Assembly (NCBI GenBank): GCA_040220235.1
Contig: JAVJTO010000133.1
From: Coleofasciculus sp. B1-GNL1-01
GTDB lineage: Bacteria > Cyanobacteriota > Cyanobacteriia > Cyanobacteriales > Coleofasciculaceae
DNA length: 50,706 nucleotides
Reading direction: 5' to 3' (one strand)
Under the pieces are notes generated by a model, which did no database searches, was not told the origin of the DNA, and saw nothing but the letters and a program-made list of their open reading frames with translations. Within the stretch, counting starts at the first letter, position 1. Each line of letters starts with the position of its first letter. This document shows positions 42,264 through 50,706 of this stretch, in pieces. The position numbers and the translations under genes were made by a program.

Positions 42264-43700
42264 CTATTGAGATTGCATCAACGGCTTACCAAAGGCTGGA
42301 TGGTAGTAAGCTGTCCAAGTTTGATTGTGAGAGTTGGTGATGATGGTTTGAGTGGGAGCTTGGAAGAAAGGACTCGACTTCCTAAAATCCACTGCCATTT
42401 TTGACTGGTCAATCCCTTGGTTAAGGGTTTGCTGGAACTCTTGAATGGATTGGGACGTTGTAATTCCCCACTTTTCCCGAACACTGGGTTCTAGCTTCTT
42501 GAGCAATGTGATAATATTTTGCTGGGTAATCGTTGCATCGTTAAATGGGACAATTCCTAAGTAAGCAATAATCAATAATTCAGAATTACTGGCACTAAAG
42601 GTCAAAGAGGTTTTTCGCACGCCTACGTTCACATTGGGTGCTGTATTGAGAACCGGGAAAGTCTGCGCTAGTTGATGATAAACACGGACTAGGGCTAAAT
42701 TCGCGGCGATATCTAAAGGCGCATCGATGAGAATAGTGACGGTGGGTAGGGTTTCATTAAAAAACTTGTGCGAGACTTCTTCTGTTGACAGGTTTACCAC
42801 CCGAGAGCGATCGCCCTCTGGACTCAAATCAACCCACTCGCAGACAATCCCTTGGGTTTTGAGACCAACACGAGACACGCCATGCAATTTTGCTCCCGTG
42901 AGCGTTGCCCCAGTTAAATCTGCCCCAATCCAATCGGCATGAATGAGTCGCGCTTGGGTCAAATCCGCATACACTAAACTGGTATTGAGCAAATTGGCAT
43001 GAGTCAAATCCGCCCCGGTTAAATTCGCACCGCTTAATTTCGCCTCACTCAGATTTGCCCAACTGAGATTCGCACCACTCAAGTCAGTCCAGCGCAAGTT
43101 CGCACCACTGAGATCCGCACCCGCTAAATTGGCACAACTGAGATTGGCTTGCTTAAATTCAGCCTGTCGAAAATTGCTATTACTCAGATCACTACGGCTC
43201 AAATCGGCGGCGTTTAAATTGGCACCTTCTAGAATTGCACCGATGACAAGCGCCCCACGTAGATTGGCTTCGCTCAGATTAGCCCGTTGCAGTTTGGCGT
43301 CTCTGAGGGCAGCTTCTCGCAGATCCGCCCCACTGAGGTTGGCTTCTGTCAGGGTGGCACCACTTAACTTGGCACGAATTAGTTCCGCCCGAATCATCGC
43401 CGCCTGCGTCAGTTGCGCTCCCCCCAAGTCGGCTCGAATCAAATTGGCAACGTTGAGATTGGCTTGGGTTAAGTTGGCTTTGGTAAGATTTGCACCACTG
43501 AGTCTGGCTACATTGAGTCGCGCCCGACTCAAATTGGTTCCAATTAAATAGGCACCACTGAGGTTGGCTACACTTAAGTTGGCTTCACTTAAATCGGCAC
43601 CACTGAGATTAATCCCACTCAGATTGGCTTCGGCAAGGTTTGCACCGGAAAAGTTTTTCACGCCAGCCGCATATTTTTTGAGAATTGCCGTCACATTCAT
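42264..43700 (-). CDS. Pentapeptide repeat protein with C-terminal domain
   Basis: About 270 aa of A(N/D)LxX repeats followed by CEWVDLSP.GD. Confidence 0.93.
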   Translation of the reverse strand: MNVTAILKKYAAGVKNFSGANLAEANLSGINLSGADLSEANLSVANLSGAYLIGTNLSRARLNVARLSGANLTKANLTQANLNVANLIRADLGGAQLTQAAMIRAELIRAKLSGATLTEANLSGADLREAALRDAKLQRANLSEANLRGALVIGAILEGANLNAADLSRSDLSNSNFRQAEFKQANLSCANLAGADLSGANLRWTDLSGANLSWANLSEAKLSGANLTGADLTHANLLNTSLVYADLTQARLIHADWIGADLTGATLTGAKLHGVSRVGLKTQGIVCEWVDLSPEGDRSRVVNLSTEEVSHKFFNETLPTVTILIDAPLDIAANLALVRVYHQLAQTFPVLNTAPNVNVGVRKTSLTFSASNSELLIIAYLGIVPFNDATITQQNIITLLKKLEPSVREKWGITTSQSIQEFQQTLNQGIDQSKMAVDFRKSSPFFQAPTQTIITNSHNQTWTAYYHPAFGKPLMQSQ

Positions 43701-43973
43701 TAATGCTATCCTTAAATTGAACTGCCAGAGGATACGTTTTTAAGGAAAGCGCTACCGAGTTGTGTTGTTATCGGAGCCAGTTGCCCAGTAGAGTGTCAAG
43801 GTAGAGTTGAGTGGGATCAATTAAAATCATTCTCCCTTGTCTTACTTATCCTCTCTCACGGGTAAAGGGTAGCGCCTAGCCTAATCGGGAAGGGTGCTAA
43901 GATTCTCTCACTCCAGCTTTGCCTAAAACATTTAAATAGGATTTGATTAGCTTAGCGTGGATGGCATGGGATC

Positions 43974-44831
43974 ATGAAGATTGGGATTGTTGGACTTGGA
44001 CTCATTGGCGGTTCCCTAGGACTAGATTTGAGAAAATTAGGTCATTCAGTCTTGGGAGTGTCTCGCCAAGACTATACCTGCAACAGAGCCATTGAACTCG
44101 GTGTCGTGGATGACGCGAGTGTCAAAATGAACCTTTTGGCAGCGTCTGATATTATTTTTATTTGTACGCCAATTTCAGCGATCGCGCCAACGCTTCAGGC
44201 GTTAATTCCCCATCTATCCCCGGAAACTATTATCACGGATGTGGGTTCGGTGAAAACGGCGGTGCTGGAAGCGGTGACACCCCTGTGGCATAATTTTGTC
44301 GGTGGACATCCGATGGCGGGTCGAGAATCGAATGGGATTGAGGCGGCGGTATCGGGGTTATTTACCGATCGCCCTTATGTGTTGACACCTCTGGATACGA
44401 CACCAACCGACGCGGTGAAACAGGTTGAGCATTTGGTGCGATCGCTCACCGATCAGGTTTATTTCTGTAGTCCTCAAGATCATGATCGCGCCGTGGCTTG
44501 GATTTCTCACCTCCCGGTTATGGTGAGTGCGAGTCTAATTAATGCCTGTATCGATGAAACTGATCCGATTGTCCTAGAGTTAATACAGCAGTTAGCCAGT
44601 TCCGGCTTTCGGGATACCAGTCGCGTGGGTGGCGGAAATCCAGAGTTAGGGGTGATGATGGCGCGTTATAACCGGGACTTTTTATTGCGATCGCTCCTAT
44701 CTTATCGTCACCGTCTCGATGAATTGATTAAACGGGTTGAGCAAAGCGACTGGCAAGGTTTGGAACAGCACCTGCAAGACACTCAAGCCGCGCGATCGCA
44801 ATTTTTCTCACCCTCTGTTGATCACAGTTAA
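43974..44831 (+). CDS. tyrA: Prephenate/arogenate dehydrogenase
   Basis: GLGLIGGS, TDVGSVK, GGHPMAG, HDRAVAWISHLP and GFRDTSRV. Confidence 0.95.
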   Translation: MKIGIVGLGLIGGSLGLDLRKLGHSVLGVSRQDYTCNRAIELGVVDDASVKMNLLAASDIIFICTPISAIAPTLQALIPHLSPETIITDVGSVKTAVLEAVTPLWHNFVGGHPMAGRESNGIEAAVSGLFTDRPYVLTPLDTTPTDAVKQVEHLVRSLTDQVYFCSPQDHDRAVAWISHLPVMVSASLINACIDETDPIVLELIQQLASSGFRDTSRVGGGNPELGVMMARYNRDFLLRSLLSYRHRLDELIKRVEQSDWQGLEQHLQDTQAARSQFFSPSVDHS

Positions 44832-44890
44832 GACATTTCTACCAATTCAGGGCGATCAGGATAACTGTTGTTATCACCCATAATCATCTT

Positions 44891-45502
44891 ATGTCTTACA
44901 GCGACTTTACTTTAACTAAAGCCAAACAAGAGTTCGGCTTAACTACGTTAGAAAAACGCGATATTTTCGCCGATAGTCCTGAATTAGCCACCAGTACATT
45001 ACTGGCAGAAATTATTAACTATAACCTACCGATCGCATTAGCTAGTAATAGTGAAAAAGCGCGTTCAGAACTGATTATAGCACCCATATTAGTTGATTTA
45101 CGCCGCCAATTAAATGAGCAAATAAATTTATTCTCTGGAGTCGATTTTACTGTAGATAAAGACAAAGGATTAAATGGGGTCTGTGATTTTATTATTACTA
45201 AATCCCCAGAAATCCTGATCGTAACAGCACCCGTCATTACAATTATAGAAGCCAAAAAAGAGAATATTAATGCCGGACTGGGACAGTGTGCGGCGGCAAT
45301 GGTTGCGTCCCAAATTTTCAATCAGCGATCAGAAAGTGAGATTAAAACAATTTACGGTGCAGTGACGACAGGTAGTATTTGGCAATTTCTTAAATTAGAA
45401 GGGCAAACCTTGTCCATTGATTTAAGCGAATATTATCTCAAAGATGTGGATAAAATTCTCGGTATTTTAGCAAGCGGCATTCTGAAGGAAAATGAAGTAT
45501 AG
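44891..45502 (+). CDS. Hypothetical PD-(D/E)XK nuclease-fold protein
   Basis: SEKARSE, GVCDFII, IIEAKK, GQC and GAVTTG..WQF. Confidence 0.75.
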   Translation: MSYSDFTLTKAKQEFGLTTLEKRDIFADSPELATSTLLAEIINYNLPIALASNSEKARSELIIAPILVDLRRQLNEQINLFSGVDFTVDKDKGLNGVCDFIITKSPEILIVTAPVITIIEAKKENINAGLGQCAAAMVASQIFNQRSESEIKTIYGAVTTGSIWQFLKLEGQTLSIDLSEYYLKDVDKILGILASGILKENEV

Positions 45503-45652
45503 CGCTACGCGCTAGGCTTTCTTGCAATAGTGGGAGCAAAAGCCTATTATATAAAGCTTTGGGACATGAGTAGTTCCTACCCTGATTTGATCAAGGCGAT
45601 CGCTTCCATTGTATCCGAATCAACCATTTAAACGGAAGTTATTGGGTGGGGA

Positions 45653-45716
45653 AGGGCGGGTTTTGTACAAATGTTATTGGTTTCTTTGTGAATTGAGTCC
45701 CTAAACCCGCCCCTAC
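45653..45716. repeat. REP doublet
   Basis: AGGGCGGGTTTT-38 nt-AAACCCGCCCCTAC. Confidence 0.85.
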
Positions 45717-45793
45717 ATGGCGGACATGATTGAAGGGTAAGATTTCAAAACATTCCTTTCCTCACCTTTCCCACTTCCCAACAGATGCTGTGT

Positions 45794-46597
45794 TTAGCTA
45801 TAACCTTGCCATGCCTGCCAGAAAAAGTAAATGGCTAAGATAGCCAGTAATGTACTAAATGCCAAACTGACCACCGGATCGGGTAATTTAGGCAAAAAAC
45901 GGGTACTAATTTGCGCTCCCAATAACCCCCCTGTACCCAGAAGTAATCCCTCAATCCATAACACATTCCCCTGTACAGCATGACCGATACAAGCCGAAAT
46001 TGCGGTAATTACAATCACGCCTAAACTGGTTTGAATTGCCGTTTTAATACTTTCTCCCAAGAGTAAAATTTGCAAGGGAACTAGAATCACGCCGCCACCC
46101 ACACCAAAGACTCCAGCGAGTAAGCCTGCGGCACTTCCTGTGCCAATTCTGGCTAATGCTGCTTGACTTTTAGAGTGTGGAGTTTGTCGAGGATGTTCCG
46201 TTTCTGAAGCGTCTTGCTTTTCTCTGGCTTTCAAACGTTTGCGAAGTCGAACTAAGTAAATATTAAGTAGGAGTAATAGTCCAAATGCGGCTTTTAACCA
46301 GTAGTCGGCAAATAATTCTGTTAAATAAGCGCCAATTGGCGCTGTTACGATAGCCGGAAAGCCAATGGCAATGATCCGTTTAAAATGTATGTTACCCAGC
46401 CGCCAATTCTGCACCGTACCCGAAATCGCTGTAATCACGATTGATAGGGTACTTGTGGCAACGGCTTGTTGATAGTCATATCCTAAGGTTACTAATAAAG
46501 GTACAAGAACTGTACCGCCACCGATCCCCAAAAAGCCGGCTAGGATTCCGGCAAATAAGCCAGCAGATGCGAAAATTAATAACTGGGTCGGTGTCAT
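45794..46597 (-). CDS. Sulfite exporter TauE/SafE (TSUP) family protein
   Basis: Duplicated GxxAGxxG(I/V)GGG..LVP motif, A..TSL and about 8 TM helices. Confidence 0.92.
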   Translation of the reverse strand: MTPTQLLIFASAGLFAGILAGFLGIGGGTVLVPLLVTLGYDYQQAVATSTLSIVITAISGTVQNWRLGNIHFKRIIAIGFPAIVTAPIGAYLTELFADYWLKAAFGLLLLLNIYLVRLRKRLKAREKQDASETEHPRQTPHSKSQAALARIGTGSAAGLLAGVFGVGGGVILVPLQILLLGESIKTAIQTSLGVIVITAISACIGHAVQGNVLWIEGLLLGTGGLLGAQISTRFLPKLPDPVVSLAFSTLLAILAIYFFWQAWQGYS

Positions 46598-46638
46598 TTG
46601 TTATTGGTCATTGGTCATTGGTCATTGGTTGGTTGAGA

Positions 46639-46700
46639 AGGGCGGGTTTAGTTAAGTTATCGGATATCAATACAACATTATCAGTCAAACCCGCCCCTAC
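46639..46700. repeat. REP doublet next to a heptamer array (46595-46629)
   Basis: AGGGCGGGTTT...AAACCCGCCCCTAC. Confidence 0.85.
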
Positions 46701-46755
46701 ACTCCTACTCCCTCTGATTTAAGCACATCATCAACAATCAACCATTAACCATCAA

Positions 46756-48237
46756 CTAACTGCTTTGTTCGGGAATGGTGATATCTAACGATGTGACATT
46801 GTTAGACAGACTGGTTAAGGGAGGCTGAATGGCGTTGGTATTCCCAACAACCAATGTCACCAGTTGATTGGGTTGGAGATATTTTTGCGCCACCCGTTGC
46901 ACATCTTCAATCGTCGTCTCTTTCACCTGCTGCTGATAGCGGAAGAGAAAATCTTCGGGATACCCATAATATTCATACCGCATCAGCCGCGATAAGGTTT
47001 GGCTGGGATCTTGGAAGTTAAACACAAATGAGTTCAAAACTTGGTCTTTAGCAGACTCAAGTTCTTCTGGGGTGACTGGCGTGGTGCGGATTTTCTCAAT
47101 TTCTGAGCGAATCGCTTGAATCAAGGATACCGTTGCTTCAGAACGAGTTTGTCCACCCGCAACAAACATGCCAGGATAATCGTGGCGAGGACTCCAGAAC
47201 CCATAGACAGAATAGGCTAACCCTTGGCGCGATCGCACTTCATTAAATAACCGCCCGCCAAACCCGTTGAGGATTTGATTCATCACATCTAACGCCGGAT
47301 AATCAGGGTTATCAAATTCTCCGCCAATATGTCCCAGATACACATAACTTTGGGTGAGTTGATCCTGATCCACGACAAAGAAACCCTCTTCCTTTGCCTG
47401 AGACGCAGACGGTACGGTTATCTCTGGGGGAGGGGATGAGGGGTTCCAGTTACCAAACTTTTCCTGAATCCGCGATCGCATCTTGTCGGAATCAAAATCC
47501 CCGACAATACCCAAAATCATCCGTTCGGGATGGAAATAGGTCTGGTAAAATTCCACCACATCGTCACGGGAGATATTGGCTAGCGTCTCATATTCAACGG
47601 TGCGGGCATAAGGACTCTGATCCCCATAAATCAGTTTCGTAAATTCGCGACTGGCAATATCTTTAGGATCATCATTGCGACGGGCAATTTGTCCCGCTTG
47701 TTGCTTTTTCGCCAACTCCAGCTTATCTTCAGCAAAGGCAGGCTTTTGAATCACCTCAGCAAATAAGTTAAACACCATATCCACATCTTCGCTGAGGGCA
47801 TTGAAACTAGCGCTACCACTTGACGTGCTAATCCCTGTTTCCACAGACGCCGCCCGTTGTTCGAGTAACTGATTCAGTTCATTCGGCGAATGTTCGGTTG
47901 TTCCACCTGTGCGGAGGACTTCTCCGGTAATATTGGCTAAGCCCACCTGATCAGCAGGTTCAAGGCGATCGCCTGTACGAATCATCGCTGTCCCACTCAC
48001 CAAGGGCAATTCGTGGTCTTCCATTAAATAGACGACGATGCCATTATCCAGTTGATAGCGAGTATACTCAGGAATCTGAATTTCTGATAGAGGCGGAAAG
48101 GTTAACTCGGTATAATGCTTTGCCGTAGCCGCCACAGCAGGCGTGCGCGATACGACAACCAACAGCATTGTGGCAACCAGTAATCCACACCAGCGCCAGA
48201 CTTTTCGACGGAATCTGTTCAATGTAAGATTGCTCAT
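46756..48237 (-). CDS. M16B peptidase, non-catalytic subunit
   Basis: LDNGIVV, EDHELPLV and RLFNEVRSRQGLAY; no HxxEH motif. Confidence 0.9.
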   Translation of the reverse strand: MSNLTLNRFRRKVWRWCGLLVATMLLVVVSRTPAVAATAKHYTELTFPPLSEIQIPEYTRYQLDNGIVVYLMEDHELPLVSGTAMIRTGDRLEPADQVGLANITGEVLRTGGTTEHSPNELNQLLEQRAASVETGISTSSGSASFNALSEDVDMVFNLFAEVIQKPAFAEDKLELAKKQQAGQIARRNDDPKDIASREFTKLIYGDQSPYARTVEYETLANISRDDVVEFYQTYFHPERMILGIVGDFDSDKMRSRIQEKFGNWNPSSPPPEITVPSASQAKEEGFFVVDQDQLTQSYVYLGHIGGEFDNPDYPALDVMNQILNGFGGRLFNEVRSRQGLAYSVYGFWSPRHDYPGMFVAGGQTRSEATVSLIQAIRSEIEKIRTTPVTPEELESAKDQVLNSFVFNFQDPSQTLSRLMRYEYYGYPEDFLFRYQQQVKETTIEDVQRVAQKYLQPNQLVTLVVGNTNAIQPPLTSLSNNVTSLDITIPEQSS

Positions 48238-48398
48238 TAGATAAGAAGAGGGGAAAAATTAAAGTTAACGGCTCTTATTGGCATTCGTCTTATGTCTTAT
48301 GTAAGGGTTTGAGGAGTATAACAACTACCTTGGCAGGTTAGAAGATTCTTTACTGTTCCCTATTCCCTGTTCCCCATTCCCTATTCCCTGACATAAGA

Positions 48399-49988
48399 CT
48401 ATTGACTCGATAACAACCGTCCAATGGTGCGATTGTCAGGTGTAAACGTCGCTTGAGCCACCCGTTGGATATCAGCTGGTGTAACTTTGACAATTGCCTG
48501 GAGTTCATTAAACAGATTGCGCCAGTCGCCTGTCTTCACCTGATATTCAACTAAATTACGTGCCATTCCCATATTAGAATCGAGCGATCGCAATAAGCCA
48601 GCACGGGCTTGGGTTTTCACACGTTCCAACTCTTGGGCTGAAACGGGTTCAGTTTTAAGTCGCTCAATTTCTTCTCGCAAGGCTGTCGCCACTTCTTCAA
48701 CCGTATGTCCGGGTGCAGTTAGGGCATATAACAGCATCAGATTGGGATATTTATCTCCCGGAAACCCGCTAAATCCGGCGGCGGAGAGGGCGACTTGTTG
48801 TTCTTGAACCAACGATTTATACAGGCGAGAGGTGCGACCATCGCTGAGTAAACGCCCGATAATTTCATACACTACATGGTCAGGATGGGTTCGAGAGGGT
48901 CGATGGTATCCTTCTAAATACCACGGTTGAGACGGTAATTCCAACGTCACTTCCCGTGTTTGTTGCTGGGGAGGTTCGACGATGCTGACTCCCGGTGCGG
49001 CGGGTTTTGCCTCATAGCGTCCGAAGTAAACTTGAGCCAACTCTTTCACCTCGTCGGGATCAACATCACCCACAATCGCCATGGTTAATTGACTGGGAAC
49101 GTAGTGAGTTTCAAAGAATTGTCGTACATCGTCGCGAGTCAGGTTGCGGATATCTTCGTCATACCCAATTACCGGACGCCGATAGGGATGGACTTGGAAG
49201 GCGGTATCCAGAAACGCCTCGATCATTTGACCGATGGGCGAGTTGTCGGTTCGCAGCCGCCGTTCTTCGAGGATCACCTCTTGTTCTTTATAAAATTCGC
49301 GAAATACGGGTTCCAGGAAGCGTTCCGACTCCAAAGACATCCACAGTTCCAGTTTGTTGGAGGGGAAACTGTAGAAATAGACTGTCGCATCGGCGGATGT
49401 GGCGGCATTTAAGCCGACGCCTCCAGCTTGTTCAACAATTTGACCAAACTCATTTTGCTTGACTAAGCTAGCAGCTTGGGCTTCAACTTGGGCAAATTCC
49501 TCTTTTAATTCGGCAACCTTTTCCTCGTTCCCGGCTGTTTTGGCGGCTTTAATTTGTGCCGCTAACTGATCCAAGCGGTCTAACAGGGGTTTTTCTGCCT
49601 GATAATTTCGGGTGCCGATTTGGTTGGTTCCCTTAAAGGCTAAATGTTCTAGAAAGTGAGCCACACCCGTTTTGCCTACAGGTTCATCAACGCCACCGAC
49701 ATCAGCATAGGTGGCAAAGGAGACAACGGGGGCTTGATGGCGTTCTAGAACGATAAACTTCATCCCATTATCCAGGCTAAACTCCGTCACCTGGTCAAGG
49801 ACGCCATCTAAGTACGGTTGGATTGATTGGGCGTTCGTCGGTGGGGTTTCGCTGCGAGCCAACGCCCCCAACGGGATACTACTCCATACTAGAGTTGCGA
49901 CTAAGAACGCTCCGAGGATGGAGCGCCAGGGGTATTGTCTCAAGTGAACAGTCCAACGCAGAAAACGCAAAATAGATCTCTTGGTCAT
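48399..49988 (-). CDS. M16B (pitrilysin family) zinc peptidase, catalytic subunit
   Basis: GVAHFLEHLAFKGT (HxxEH), NAATS, EERR and HPY..PVIG. Confidence 0.93.
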   Translation of the reverse strand: MTKRSILRFLRWTVHLRQYPWRSILGAFLVATLVWSSIPLGALARSETPPTNAQSIQPYLDGVLDQVTEFSLDNGMKFIVLERHQAPVVSFATYADVGGVDEPVGKTGVAHFLEHLAFKGTNQIGTRNYQAEKPLLDRLDQLAAQIKAAKTAGNEEKVAELKEEFAQVEAQAASLVKQNEFGQIVEQAGGVGLNAATSADATVYFYSFPSNKLELWMSLESERFLEPVFREFYKEQEVILEERRLRTDNSPIGQMIEAFLDTAFQVHPYRRPVIGYDEDIRNLTRDDVRQFFETHYVPSQLTMAIVGDVDPDEVKELAQVYFGRYEAKPAAPGVSIVEPPQQQTREVTLELPSQPWYLEGYHRPSRTHPDHVVYEIIGRLLSDGRTSRLYKSLVQEQQVALSAAGFSGFPGDKYPNLMLLYALTAPGHTVEEVATALREEIERLKTEPVSAQELERVKTQARAGLLRSLDSNMGMARNLVEYQVKTGDWRNLFNELQAIVKVTPADIQRVAQATFTPDNRTIGRLLSSQ

Positions 49989-50030
49989 TTGTCATTCGTC
50001 ATTGGTCATTGGTCATTCGTCATTCGTCAT
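49986..50030. repeat. Heptamer tandem repeat overlapping the M16 start
   Basis: (ATGAC[C/G/A]A)n on the minus strand. Confidence 0.85.
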
Positions 50031-50104
50031 TTTTAATTTAGGTTAGCAAAAAACACCGGAAGCCCCATGCCGTCCTGGAAGGCGGCGCTGGGATGGATAG
50101 GTGG

Positions 50105-50137
50105 GATAATTTGAGGACTTTGAGTCCTCGAATTATC
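50105..50137 (-). terminator. Hairpin just after the iscB stop
   Basis: GATAATTTGAGGACT-TTG-AGTCCTCGAATTATC. Confidence 0.5.
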
Positions 50138-50144
50138 TAAATTA

Positions 50145-50706
50145 CTAAACAACTTCACATAGCCCTCCTCGCTTGCGAATAGGCTTTACAACAGAAGGTT
50201 TAACCACTTTGTTTTTCACTCCAGGATAGTTTTTGAGTTTTACGCCAGCGCCTAGATTCTGCATCCCAATCACTTCATAGATAGTTCCTTCAAACAGAAC
50301 TAAGTCGTGTTGTTTATAGGGATATCGTTTTTTCTTAATAGAGCGGCGTCCGGCACTTACCTTGTGAGCGCGATGCTGTCTCAAATTCTCGCCATTAAGA
50401 TTAATGTTCCTTGTTCTACGACCAGAAGAAAGTTCTGAGCCAGATCGGGTTTTCCCGTCTCTGAGGTCGCGATATTTGGCATCGTAAAATTGCTCCATCG
50501 ACCGCTTGTTACGACGGATTTGTTCGAGCATTAGAGGTCTAGTTACGCGAGGTTGAGTTCTCCCACCAGCAATGACAAAAGCATCATTGTGGTGGGACTT
50601 CTCTATCGATAGCTCCCGGCGCTTACCCTTGGTGATATAGCCGAAAGTTGAGTTGTGCTGACCTTCTTGTGTTAAGCGCCACCTCACCATTGTCATAAAG
50701 GTTTCA
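50145..50706 (-). CDS. iscB: RNA-guided endonuclease IscB, C-terminal part
   Basis: Frame open to the window edge (ETFMTMVRW). TFGYITK..R and RuvC-III KSHHNDAFVIA, followed by RRNKRS. Confidence 0.82.
   Translation of the reverse strand, partial: ETFMTMVRWRLTQEGQHNSTFGYITKGKRRELSIEKSHHNDAFVIAGGRTQPRVTRPLMLEQIRRNKRSMEQFYDAKYRDLRDGKTRSGSELSSGRRTRNINLNGENLRQHRAHKVSAGRRSIKKKRYPYKQHDLVLFEGTIYEVIGMQNLGAGVKLKNYPGVKNKVVKPSVVKPIRKRGGLCEVV

Larger units (their letters stand above)
50047..50706 (-). mobile_element. IS200/IS605-superfamily IscB element, partial
   Basis: Subterminal hairpin GAAGCCCCATGCCGTC...GGCGGCGCTGGG (50059-50092) downstream of iscB. Boundary inferred at TTAG|CAAAAAAC. Confidence 0.7.

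Overview
Chromosomal window from a filamentous cyanobacterium, inferred from the many HIP1 GCGATCGC sites, short tandem repeats, REP-like elements and an hps locus. Housekeeping and envelope genes include a partial SLH iron-uptake porin behind a perfect Fur box, argZ/agrE, an amidase, pyrG, hpsL-N-O-P, glmM, tyrA, a TauE exporter and an M16 peptidase pair. Accessory content includes two Uma2 nucleases, a probable stress cluster (SDR, hemerythrin protein, small hydrophilic protein), a tnpB-only IS200/IS605 element, a partial IscB element, an FHA-CHAT protein, a UPF0175/DUF3368 toxin-antitoxin pair and two PEP-CTERM proteins. Two candidate undescribed systems stand out. (1) An HTH-AAA_35 gene and an AAA_35-CHASE2 gene lie divergent from the PEP-CTERM genes, with four 10-bp-phased direct repeats between them. 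(2) A minimal ThiF/E1-like enzyme is co-oriented with an unknown protein carrying an E2-like GICL motif and a small Gly-ending protein. No rRNA, tRNA or CRISPR array was found. All family assignments come from motif recognition by eye, not from database searches.
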